Origin: an uncultured Ignavibacteriota bacterium
GTDB lineage: Bacteria > Bacteroidota > Ignavibacteria > Palsa-1295
Assembly (NCBI GenBank): GCA_903900335.1
Contig: CAIUMP010000030.1
Span: 8,068-72,067, forward strand
DNA: 64,000 bases
Reading direction: 5' to 3'
This document shows, one piece after another, positions 1-8,894 of the stretch. Position 1 is the stretch's first letter, and each line of letters opens with the position of its first letter. The position numbers and the translations under genes were made by a program. A model generated the notes under the pieces. That model was not told the DNA's origin and ran no database searches. It was given only the letters and a program-made list of their open reading frames with translations.

Positions 1-2757
1 GCTCCGTGTAGCCTGCTGATCGATATTTGCCAGAAAACGATTGGTTCTTCCCTTGCGCTGAGCGACCGTGACAAAACCACTCGGCGCTCCAGTTGAATCT
101 AGGCCATACAGCCGCACGGTATCAAAATCGCTTGTGAAGGTAAGGCGAAGATTCGCGGCACTCATTATGGTTGGACCATGTCCAGTATTTTTTCCGTATC
201 CTACCGTATCGATCCATCGTGTACCAGTGTTTTGAGTCCGAGTCGAGACAGAAAATACTCCCTGCTTCATTGAGTCTGAAAAGACGTAGTCAAATGAAAG
301 ATTATCGTGTGATTGATCAAGCCGCTCTATCATCAGTTTTGGAAAGACCACGGAATCAGTTATGTAACCCGTGAAGGCATAAGCATGCGGTTCCGAAGTC
401 ATAAACGTACCCTCCGTTGGATTCCAAACTATCCGATTCGTTGATGAAGTATCCCCAGATGGATAGGTGAGATCACCAGAAACATGATTATACAAATTCT
501 CCGCCGCTTGTTGGTGCACAGGCGCATCATACCGTTCTCGTACACCGATCGAAGTCATGATCGCCTGACCCTGATAAACCTGATTGTACCCCTCCTGACC
601 AAATTGACCCCTATTGTTGGGATAGTGGGGAAAAAGGTTCACGTCATCAGCATCATGCTCGATCGTATCGAATACATTGGATGCCGGAACAAGGCCATTG
701 CGGAAGATATAGCTCGCTAGCGGCATTTGTGCCATTAGAGCGTGGTTTGAGCTAATGTTGTTCCACGCGAAGGTCTGGTACCCAGGCACAATGGTGTCAG
801 TGAATAGCTCTTCTCGTCTCCCGGCGTATGGGGAGAAGAAGATCCCATCCCAGTCCTGATAGGCCGCATACACCACTGGGATGATAGCTTGCTCGGAAGC
901 ATTTTGGTTAGGAATAGGTACACTCCACTGCCCGAGGATGTGGGCCTTCCCAGCGGTGCTGCCAGCTGCCGTTAATGCGAGGGCAAAGAAACCGTTGTCT
1001 TTGACCATGGAGTAATTGCGAATCATCCACGATGAATCGGAGTAGGGAGTACTGCCACGAGCACTAACATAATCCCACCCCGTGTGTGTCTCAGTTACCT
1101 CACCAACTTTGAAGGCATGGTAGTCGAGGATCGTACCCCAGTAGTTTGCCTGGGAAGTATTTACAAGCCCTGCAACGGAGAGCGAATCACGCAGCAGGCG
1201 CACCATACCCCCATAGTAAGCACGTTGAAGCGAATCGAAGAACATGGTTTCGTCTCGCGCTCTTCGAACGGACACTACTTGCATCGTGTCGTAAGCAAGA
1301 CGCTGTATTTGTGACCCGGAAAGAGTCTCCCCAGCCTTCAATCCTTGTTCCGGCGTCTGCTTCAGAATGAAGTTGTCGAACACCACGTCCCCAGAATCCC
1401 CAGAGAGATATGTGCCCACGTATTCCACCTTATTGGACTGGGCTCGAAATGAGAAAGTGAATTGCTGCCACGCAGTGTCAATGATGATCTGATTCTGTAA
1501 GCTTGTAACCTGTTGATCGGTCACGATCACGATCCCACTCCTCGGCACTCTTGCCCCAGGACTTGGGCGCACCTTCGCCCAAAACGAAAGTTGATAAAGA
1601 GTATCAATGCCGCAACGTGCAGTGTTGTTATAGAAGAGTATATCCGTCGGTCTCGACGTGCCGGCGCTGTTAGTAATGTGAATCAAGTCGGCCGTTTGCC
1701 CGTCAACCCCAGGGCCGACAAGAATCTGGCGTGCCATGACAGGGGCGTTCGCATACACATTCCAACTGTTGTCGAAAGTCTCGAAACTGGGATTTACAAT
1801 CAGGTTCGTCTGATTCACCGCTTGATTTCCTGCCCAGGCACTATTCAGCGCGGCGTCACTTCCGTACTTCCTAAGGAGGTACCCTGAAAAGAGAGTATCG
1901 AGCCGACGAGACTGATGGTAACTCACCGTGTATTGTCCGCGATCAAGCGCATTATTCGCATCCACATAATTCAATCTACCGAGCCTCCAAAAGAACGGCA
2001 TTGTTTGGTCCTGGAGAATTTCGAAGCAAGCTATCGCAGGATCTTTCCCAAGCGCAATGCCAGTCAATGGGTTGATGTGCGATGTAAACGCTCGGGCCCA
2101 CTTATGCTCCAGCCACTCTGCTTGTGGGTAGAGAAAGTGTATAATCGCTGATGTACCATAGACGCCCGTCATGGAATCCACGGTGGGCACTCCCTCATCA
2201 AATGCAAAGTGATGCGCACTGTTAAGCGTAAGGAACACATAGATCCCTTGTGACTTAAGGGTGGCAAGAAGCGTATCCAGCTGAGCGAGACGCACCGGAT
2301 TGACATCATAGCTGGATGTATCCTGGGCCCCAGAATTTTGGTAGTAGTGGAAGATGCTTGCCTCGTCCCATCCAAAATAATCCACGTAGTTCAACCGGAG
2401 TGCATTGAAACCCATCTTCCGCAGGCGCTTTGCTAGAATGAGTGCCTTTGTGCCATCGATGAAGTTTGCGGTGTATTGAATCTCAGTGCCGAAAAATTTT
2501 ACTCGTGTCCCATCAGCCGCGACAAAGTGTCCCTCCGGTGACAGATGCCACACTCCATGCTTCCCCGCCGGCCCAGGTTCTATCGACGGCAGAAGAGTCG
2601 TCGAAGCTGTGTCCATCGATGATAGCGTGAAGGGGAATGGCCGGGTAATGGGCTGGGCAACCACGGCGCGGGCAAGAACCAAGAGTAACAAGGTGATCAC
2701 ACCTGCGACAAATTTCCGCGCTGTTCTGTTCGTTCGCATTCGTGTATCAACATTCAT
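1..2757 (-). CDS. Secreted GH5-like glycoside hydrolase homolog with inserted CBM4/9-like domain (partial, runs off window start; probably catalytically inactive)
   Basis: Not in ORF track because no stop lies in the window. Segments translated by hand are in one frame: signal peptide (..VITLLLLVLARAVVAQ), PAGKHG..EGHFVAADGTRVKFFG, LAKRLRKMGFNALRL, LDTLLATLKSQGIYVFL, HINPLTGIALGKDPAIACFEI, NLIVNPSFE (CBM), YAAYQDWDGIFF. Alternative start 2739. Confidence 0.85.
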   Translation of the reverse strand, partial: MNVDTRMRTNRTARKFVAGVITLLLLVLARAVVAQPITRPFPFTLSSMDTASTTLLPSIEPGPAGKHGVWHLSPEGHFVAADGTRVKFFGTEIQYTANFIDGTKALILAKRLRKMGFNALRLNYVDYFGWDEASIFHYYQNSGAQDTSSYDVNPVRLAQLDTLLATLKSQGIYVFLTLNSAHHFAFDEGVPTVDSMTGVYGTSAIIHFLYPQAEWLEHKWARAFTSHINPLTGIALGKDPAIACFEILQDQTMPFFWRLGRLNYVDANNALDRGQYTVSYHQSRRLDTLFSGYLLRKYGSDAALNSAWAGNQAVNQTNLIVNPSFETFDNSWNVYANAPVMARQILVGPGVDGQTADLIHITNSAGTSRPTDILFYNNTARCGIDTLYQLSFWAKVRPSPGARVPRSGIVIVTDQQVTSLQNQIIIDTAWQQFTFSFRAQSNKVEYVGTYLSGDSGDVVFDNFILKQTPEQGLKAGETLSGSQIQRLAYDTMQVVSVRRARDETMFFDSLQRAYYGGMVRLLRDSLSVAGLVNTSQANYWGTILDYHAFKVGEVTETHTGWDYVSARGSTPYSDSSWMIRNYSMVKDNGFFALALTAAGSTAGKAHILGQWSVPIPNQNASEQAIIPVVYAAYQDWDGIFFSPYAGRREELFTDTIVPGYQTFAWNNISSNHALMAQMPLASYIFRNGLVPASNVFDTIEHDADDVNLFPHYPNNRGQFGQEGYNQVYQGQAIMTSIGVRERYDAPVHQQAAENLYNHVSGDLTYPSGDTSSTNRIVWNPTEGTFMTSEPHAYAFTGYITDSVVFPKLMIERLDQSHDNLSFDYVFSDSMKQGVFSVSTRTQNTGTRWIDTVGYGKNTGHGPTIMSAANLRLTFTSDFDTVRLYGLDSTGAPSGFVTVAQRKGRTNRFLANIDQQATRS

Positions 2758-2831
2758 CCACGCTGGCACCGCGAACCTGCTTTGCAAGACATGAACGCCG
2801 GAAGTCGGATCAGTTACTGAGGTCACCATAT

Positions 2832-3587
2832 ATGAAGTATTTTCGGAGACAGCGAGGGTCACCGACTGCCGTCACCAAGATAGGAGCGGCAACCGGACAA
2901 GCAATAGAGACGCCGGATAAGAAAGTCCAGCCGTTACTATTTCATTCCCTGCGCCCGTGGGTGATTGCCTTTCTCCTTGTTCTACTTGGGCTTTCTTCCA
3001 GGCTGAATGCACAGCCCAACTCCACGGACTCCCTGCAACTCCGAACAACCTACTTGTTTGCTGGCATCGGCGGATTCTTACCCTTAACGGATAGTTATCG
3101 GCTTAACTACTCGACTCGGCTGGCGGGCATCCCATTAGAGCTTAATGGCGGCTTCCTCTTTCCCATCTCGCATGATGTGCTCGCGCCGGTTACCGTGCGC
3201 TATGTGAGGCGCGTGGCCAACTTCATTGACGCAACGGACATCAAAGTGCTTTCTCTCGAGCCCGGAGTTCGATTCTATCTTGAGAAGGAAACGCTCAACG
3301 AACTGAGAGTCTTTGGCGGAGTCGAAGGGCTTCTGGCGCAAGCGAGCGTTGCTTCTGTGTACGACGTTAGTTCGAATGGGGAAGTAACAGGCCAAGCTGC
3401 GGCAGGGAAGGATTACTTCAATTTCGGCATCGGCTTTGACCTTGGCGTGCAGTATCCTTTGACTCCGACCACCTCTCTGGACGGCACCGTCCACACCTCC
3501 ATTTATGTTGCCAATGCCGTCTCACACGGTGGGCTTGGGAACATCGGTGGTGTCTCACTCACCGCTGCTTACAGATTCGGATTCTAA
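2832..3587 (+). CDS. Outer-membrane beta-barrel protein
   Basis: Signal peptide (WVIAFLLVLLGLSSRLNAQ), amphipathic strands, C-terminal YRFGF. The true start may be further downstream. Confidence 0.75.
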   Translation: MKYFRRQRGSPTAVTKIGAATGQAIETPDKKVQPLLFHSLRPWVIAFLLVLLGLSSRLNAQPNSTDSLQLRTTYLFAGIGGFLPLTDSYRLNYSTRLAGIPLELNGGFLFPISHDVLAPVTVRYVRRVANFIDATDIKVLSLEPGVRFYLEKETLNELRVFGGVEGLLAQASVASVYDVSSNGEVTGQAAAGKDYFNFGIGFDLGVQYPLTPTTSLDGTVHTSIYVANAVSHGGLGNIGGVSLTAAYRFGF

Positions 3588-3593
3588 CAAGGA

Positions 3594-4013
3594 ATGCTGC
3601 GACGACTTATCATACTCCTACCCTTCGTTCTGCTTTTCGGATGCACGAGCACATCCTCGGCCCCGGAGGGTTCGATCCGGCTCAACTTTGTGAAGGGGAA
3701 GCAACTCCCATCTTTACCTGACTCACTGCTACCCATATTTCCGAACCCCTTCAATCGTGCTTCAGGCGATACCAGCCTGAGCGTGCAGTTCAATATTAAG
3801 CAGACCACCACAGCGATCCTCCTAATCCAGAATGCGCTGGGCGATGAGATCGCTGGCTTCTCCGATACAGCCCTCGCCCCTGGATTTTACAGCGGGCATT
3901 GGAACCCAATTGGCTCCGATGGTGCTCGATTGAATTCTGGATTGTATTTCGTGACACTCCGCACCAACTCGTACATCGACTCGCGTCTGGTCAACATTCA
4001 AACAAATGAATAA
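3594..4013 (+). CDS. Lipoprotein consisting almost entirely of a T9SS-CTD/FlgD Ig-like domain
   Basis: Lipobox LLFGC; PIFPNPFN..IQNALGDEI..PGFYSGHWN..LNSGLYFVTL. Overlaps the next gene. Confidence 0.75.
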   Translation: MLRRLIILLPFVLLFGCTSTSSAPEGSIRLNFVKGKQLPSLPDSLLPIFPNPFNRASGDTSLSVQFNIKQTTTAILLIQNALGDEIAGFSDTALAPGFYSGHWNPIGSDGARLNSGLYFVTLRTNSYIDSRLVNIQTNE

Positions 4014-4971
4014 GCGTTCTCTTTCGGTCATCCTCGTTGCGATCATCGCCTTCGCACAGGTCGCCACCTCACAAACCGCAGAGTCAGAGCGGCTCGACCG
4101 CTATATGAAATTCGCTCACCCGCTAGGAACGGTTCGGATGGAATTCCTCGGACCGGACAGTGGATACACCTTTTTGGTGATGCCAACAAAGGAGACTACG
4201 GAAACGGGCGACACCGTGGTGAAAGACCACGCCTACCTACTCGACCTCAACTTCGCGCACGATGGCGGCTATCTGGCCCCAGACACGATGAAGACCTTCT
4301 CGGACTATACGACGTTCGAGTTTCAACTCACCAAGGATCATCTTGTCCATCTACAACTTGCACCAGGACACACGCATGAGGAGTACAAAGCACTCGACAC
4401 AACCTTCAACGGTACACTCGGTTATGGCTTCATAAAGCAGTTCGTTTCCGTCTTCAATTTTAAGAAGAACACACTAACTCTCTATCCGCTCTTTGCGAAC
4501 CTGGATATTGCACCAGAGGACCCAAAGAGCATCCAACTACCATTGCTTGATGACGCAAAGATCACCTACTGCGGCTGCTCCTACCCGAGCATCTGGTTAG
4601 AGGTAGAAGCTCCGCCGCTCACACCAGGACACGTGAATCTCGCATTTCACAGACCGCTCTCGCAGGTCTTCGTAACAGCTCTCGACAAGAAGACGCAGAA
4701 TATCATTGCCAAACAAGCGCACGCCGATTCTCTCGCGAACAGGCCGGGAAGACCGCTTGGACTCAATCTTTCAGAGTTCACCGTCGGAAAAGGAACGCCG
4801 CAGGCACAGAACATCGCCGGGCGCGGCCCGCACCGAGAGATTGCCCAGCTTCCGGCACAATACCACGATCTCAGCATAGCCACGCTCGGCACGCTCGGCA
4901 CCGATGTTCTCCGTACCTTCTCCGGGTTGATTATCGATCCGTCGAGGAATAAGTTGGTGTTTGTGAAGTAG
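4006..4971 (+). CDS. Exported two-lobed retropepsin-like (aspartyl protease fold) protein with degenerate active site
   Basis: Signal peptide; two GxLG motifs (NGTLGYGFIKQFVSVFNF, LGTLGTDVLRTFSGLIID); YLLDLN at the DTG position. Confidence 0.6.
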   Translation: MNKRSLSVILVAIIAFAQVATSQTAESERLDRYMKFAHPLGTVRMEFLGPDSGYTFLVMPTKETTETGDTVVKDHAYLLDLNFAHDGGYLAPDTMKTFSDYTTFEFQLTKDHLVHLQLAPGHTHEEYKALDTTFNGTLGYGFIKQFVSVFNFKKNTLTLYPLFANLDIAPEDPKSIQLPLLDDAKITYCGCSYPSIWLEVEAPPLTPGHVNLAFHRPLSQVFVTALDKKTQNIIAKQAHADSLANRPGRPLGLNLSEFTVGKGTPQAQNIAGRGPHREIAQLPAQYHDLSIATLGTLGTDVLRTFSGLIIDPSRNKLVFVK

Positions 4972-4997
4972 GGGTTCGCACGAACGGTAGGCGGCTT

Positions 4998-5482
4998 ATG
5001 TCCGCTTGGCATAGTACCTAGGTAATCGCAAGAGGCGGACATTCGTTTGCGGAATCGAATAGTCACTAGTTTCAATTCACAGGTAAGCGCGAGTTTTGAC
5101 TTCCGGCTTATCCTTTCTATTCACTAATGTTCGCCGCTTCAATCCCCTAAGGAATGTGTTCCGGCGGACATCCGATACTCGTGTCTGGCTGCTTGTTCTA
5201 TATCTATACTAATAATATTAAGTATTATTATAGACCTACCAGTAGCTTGGTGGTCGTGAATGTCCGCCACAAATCTCTCCCTAGGTTTTAACGAGGCGGA
5301 CACTTACCGTCCGGGAACGATCAAATCGTTGTCTGTAGGCGACACAAGGAATTGATCAGTGGCAGGATTTTACAAGAGATCACGTTCGCTCAACGGGTGT
5401 TTTGAGTAGTGACTTTTGACTTTCCTCTTCAAGCGAATGTCCGCCACCAGCCATACCCTATGGTTCTGAGGAAAGCGGACAT
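4998..5482. repeat. Array of four 44-46 bp tripartite palindromic units separated by 84, 88 and 133 bp
   Basis: Units at 4998-5042, 5127-5171, 5260-5303 and 5437-5482; consensus ATGTCCGC-N11/12-CCTA(N)GG-N10/12-GCGGACAT. Confidence 0.9.
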
Positions 5483-5529
5483 TCAGCCCGTAGTGCAAGT
5501 ACGAATGAGTATGCGACACGCAACATGCC

Positions 5530-6813
5530 TCACGTATATCGCACCCACTTCGCGATCTCACTCAACTTGAATTTCTTCCCATACATCAGAATCCCGACGC
5601 GGTAAATGCGCGAGGCGACCCAGAGGCAGCCGAAGAACGTGCCGATCATTAGCACCACCGAAAGCGCGATCTGCCAGAAGGGTGGCGTCTCGGTGAAGAT
5701 GCGGGCGAGCATGAGGATCGGTGAGAAGAACGGGATGAGCGACATCACCACGCTCTTCGTCGCCGATGGATTTTCGATCACACCCTGCAAGAGCACGATG
5801 GGAATCACAAGCAGCATCACCACAGGCATGGAGACCTGCTGCGTGTCGCTCGCTGATTCTGCCGTCGAGCCGATGGCAGCGTAGAGCGTCGCGTAGATCA
5901 GGAAGCCCAACACAAAAAAGAGAATGAAGTAGAGGAAGAGGAAGGGCGAGATCGACGGCAGCAGGCCCTCGCCAATGAACGCGCTTGCAGCGGAGAGTCC
6001 GAAAGTGGTGACGAGCACGAGCATAAGCGCCCACACGCCAACTTGAATGAGTCCCGCGCTTGCAACACCAAGCACCTTACCAACAAGAAGCTCGAACGGA
6101 CGAACGCTTGATGCCAGCAACTCCACAATGCGCGTGGACTTCTCTTCGATCACACTGTTCATGATGAGAGTGCCGTACATGATGAGTGAGATATACAGGA
6201 TGAACGCTGTTAGGAACGCCATGACCATTCCAACGCCACCATTATCCTTCTTCTCTGTTCCCGCTTCTACCTTTAGGGTCTCGACCTTCACGCCGGACTC
6301 CACATTCGACACGCTCGATGGATCAATGCCGCGCACCCGCAGCTTCGCATCGCGGACTGCGTCGCGGTAGAAATCCTTCAGTGCAGTGACGGAGGTAAAG
6401 TCGCTTGGGTTGTGCAGCTTGATCTGCGCCGTCGATGCGCTGTCCGCAATAGCCCTCGCGGGGATCACCATGTAACCCGTGATCGCCTTGCTCTCCACAA
6501 GCTTGCTGAGAGAGTCCATCGCCGTTGGAGAAGGAGCTACAGCTTCGATCGTCACATCCTTCCGGAATTTCTTGGAAAAGAAATCTGTCGCTGTGTCCTT
6601 CGACGCCGCCACCATAGCCTGCGCCAACTGGCCTCCGGTACTATCTATCACCACCAAATGGCGAACATCTCCGGTGTTCGTCGCAGAGAAGTACGCCGGT
6701 ACGAAGACGAGCGCACCCATCAATAGCGGCCCAACGAGCGTCATGATGACGAAGACCTTCGAGCGGACCTTCTGCAAAAATTCGTGCTTGAGAACAATAA
6801 ACGTTTTATTCAT
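5530..6813 (-). CDS. ABC-2 exporter permease (NatB/YhaP-like)
   Basis: N-terminal TM, extracellular loop, SVIEEKSTRIVELL, LLVGKVLG, PFFSPILMLARI, RIYRVGILMYGK. Confidence 0.92.
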   Translation of the reverse strand: MNKTFIVLKHEFLQKVRSKVFVIMTLVGPLLMGALVFVPAYFSATNTGDVRHLVVIDSTGGQLAQAMVAASKDTATDFFSKKFRKDVTIEAVAPSPTAMDSLSKLVESKAITGYMVIPARAIADSASTAQIKLHNPSDFTSVTALKDFYRDAVRDAKLRVRGIDPSSVSNVESGVKVETLKVEAGTEKKDNGGVGMVMAFLTAFILYISLIMYGTLIMNSVIEEKSTRIVELLASSVRPFELLVGKVLGVASAGLIQVGVWALMLVLVTTFGLSAASAFIGEGLLPSISPFLFLYFILFFVLGFLIYATLYAAIGSTAESASDTQQVSMPVVMLLVIPIVLLQGVIENPSATKSVVMSLIPFFSPILMLARIFTETPPFWQIALSVVLMIGTFFGCLWVASRIYRVGILMYGKKFKLSEIAKWVRYT

Positions 6814-6825
6814 TGCGGCGTAAGC

Positions 6826-7755
6826 TTAGAGTGTGGAGGTGACTTCAGGCTGTTTGGCGATTGCTTCGAGGAACAGTTCTTTTATCGGCGGCTCAACGAT
6901 CTCCCACTTCTGGACATCCAGTTGCTCGCTGACGAGTCGTAGCACATCCTTCGGCAATTCACCTGCGCCAAGCTCCATCAGTATTTCGTTCGGCATGTGT
7001 TCGAGCACTTTGACTCTGCTTTCACCCAATCGTTTGAGGAAGGATGCATCGCCTGAGAATCGCAGCGAGATGATCGTTCGGCCTGAACGCGCTTTCAGAT
7101 CTCGCACTTTACCAGCGAGGACAATCTTGCCATTGTTCATCATCGCGATTTCATCACAGAGCTGTTCGACTTGCTCCATGCGGTGCGTCGAGAGAATGAT
7201 CGTCTTGCCCGCCGTGCGGAGTTCGAGAATTACTTCGTTGATCAGCTCCGCATTGACGGGATCGAGACCGGAGAGCGGTTCATCGAGTACGAGCAGTTGC
7301 GGGTCGTGCAAAAGCGTGAGAATAAACTGCACCTTCTGCTGCATTCCTTTTGAGAGATCGCTGGTCTTCTTTTTCTCCCACGATTTGATCTCAAATCGCT
7401 TCAACCACTTCTCGATGGACTCCTTCAGCGCTGCGGGAGCCATTCCTTTCAGCGCACCGAGATACTCAAGTTGTGCGCGAACGGTGAGTTTGCGGTACAA
7501 CCCGCGCTCCTCCGGCATGTAGCCAATCTGGTTCTGGTGGTCGTTGTTTTGCGGCTCTCCGAAGAGACGAATCTCCCCGCGATCAGGCATTGTGATGCCG
7601 GTGATCATGCGGATGGTTGAGGTCTTGCCAGCACCGTTCGGGCCCAGCAAACCGAAGATGCTGCCTTGCGGAACGACGAACGAGACTTCATTGACAGCAA
7701 GTTGCCTGCCGTAGCTTTTGGTAACAGCGTTTAGAGTTAGAACAGGGGTGGACAT
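6826..7755 (-). CDS. ABC exporter ATP-binding subunit (NatA/YhaQ-like)
   Basis: Walker A GPNGAGKT, signature LSKGMQQK, LLVLDEPLSGLDP. Confidence 0.95.
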   Translation of the reverse strand: MSTPVLTLNAVTKSYGRQLAVNEVSFVVPQGSIFGLLGPNGAGKTSTIRMITGITMPDRGEIRLFGEPQNNDHQNQIGYMPEERGLYRKLTVRAQLEYLGALKGMAPAALKESIEKWLKRFEIKSWEKKKTSDLSKGMQQKVQFILTLLHDPQLLVLDEPLSGLDPVNAELINEVILELRTAGKTIILSTHRMEQVEQLCDEIAMMNNGKIVLAGKVRDLKARSGRTIISLRFSGDASFLKRLGESRVKVLEHMPNEILMELGAGELPKDVLRLVSEQLDVQKWEIVEPPIKELFLEAIAKQPEVTSTL

Positions 7756-7773
7756 AGCTGAAGTAATATTATG

Positions 7774-7798
7774 AAAAGAGGGGCTGGCCAGCCCCTCT
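7774..7798 (-). terminator. Intrinsic terminator downstream of the T9SS gene pair
   Basis: Perfect palindrome agaggggctggccagcccctct (7777-7798) with a short T-run on the minus strand. Confidence 0.65.
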
Positions 7799-7832
7799 AA
7801 CTTCTATTGAATGAACGCTAGGATGGAAGGAG

Positions 7833-8894
7833 TTATTCCTTCACGAGTTTTATCGTCCGCGCCTCGCCGGTATCCGTAAATAGGCGCAAGTAATAGGTGC
7901 CGACAGGCAGGTTCGGTACGGTGACTCGCACTTCATGTGAGCCAGGTTGTTCGAGAAGATTTTTCGCATTCGCGATGGGCACACTCTTGCCAAGTATATC
8001 TCGAAGTTCCATCGTTACCAGCGCCTCACGGCCCGTCTCGAACGTAAGGGCAATGTCATCGTTCACAGGATTTTCCAATAACCGCGCGCCGAGGAGGGCC
8101 GTTGGGTTCGAAGGACTGCTTGCCCCCACCACTCCATTTTGTGGCCCACGCAGAATGCTCAGCCCATAATCGTCGATCGTGCCGTATGTGCTGTCGTATG
8201 GGTGTAAGGTGGTATCTTGGGTGTATGCCGTCTGCACAGAAGTGTCCCAGTCCTGATAGCGATTACCTTGCTGCCCGATCTGGTAAATCAGTGTGAGGGA
8301 GTCGAGCCAATGTTGCCGTTTCCGGTTTGAGGCGCCCATGTATATCTGTTCAAAAATTTCCTGAATAACTGGACAGCGATTATTGAGGATAATGTATCTT
8401 GCGACCGCGAGGCGCGCTAATTCATCGCCTTGTATCGCGCTAAACATATCCAGAACATCGTAGCAATACCAAATAGTATCAGGCTCATAGTAAAGTACCT
8501 TCTTGAGGTATTCAAGAAACTCTGGATAGCGGCCAATCCCACCAGTATTCCAGTTCTCAAGCCCAATCTGAAGAGAGCTGAAGGCTTGGTTTACTTGTTT
8601 TTCGGTATCCACCCAGTCAGAGCACCGTTCAATTAGAAGTCGAAGCGTATCATATGCCTGTTTTCCACCGCCAGAACTTGCCCAAACATAGCCTTCCTTA
8701 AAGAGGTAGGAACATGTAGAGTCTGTCAACAGATTGGCATTTTGAGGCGAGATACCTTTAGGACTTGTTAGCTCTCCACCAGAACGTAGAAACCCTGCTA
8801 AACTCGGATAGGAATTCATCTCCTGGCCTCGGACGATACCCGAAGCCAGAAGAATAATAATGACTGCAATTACTCTCACCATGGTGCTTCTCAT
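7833..8894 (-). CDS. T9SS type A sorting-domain protein; paralog of the C-terminal ~300 aa of the upstream gene
   Basis: Signal peptide; Cys-containing helical domain; CTD (ENPVND..LRDILGK..VGTYYLRL..TIKLVKE). Confidence 0.85.
   Translation of the reverse strand: MRSTMVRVIAVIIILLASGIVRGQEMNSYPSLAGFLRSGGELTSPKGISPQNANLLTDSTCSYLFKEGYVWASSGGGKQAYDTLRLLIERCSDWVDTEKQVNQAFSSLQIGLENWNTGGIGRYPEFLEYLKKVLYYEPDTIWYCYDVLDMFSAIQGDELARLAVARYIILNNRCPVIQEIFEQIYMGASNRKRQHWLDSLTLIYQIGQQGNRYQDWDTSVQTAYTQDTTLHPYDSTYGTIDDYGLSILRGPQNGVVGASSPSNPTALLGARLLENPVNDDIALTFETGREALVTMELRDILGKSVPIANAKNLLEQPGSHEVRVTVPNLPVGTYYLRLFTDTGEARTIKLVKE

Noticed and set aside
171-2794. Short ORFs listed in the track
   Set aside because: They are shadows of the long minus-strand GH5-like frame that runs off the window.
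5382-5389. ACGTTCGC as a fifth array unit
   Set aside because: It resembles a left arm, but no CCTA core or right arm follows at the expected spacing.
4998-5482. CRISPR array or integron attC array
   Set aside because: Unit interiors are not conserved, gaps are 84-133 bp, no cas or intI gene is present, and there are no RYYYAAC/GTTRRRY ends.
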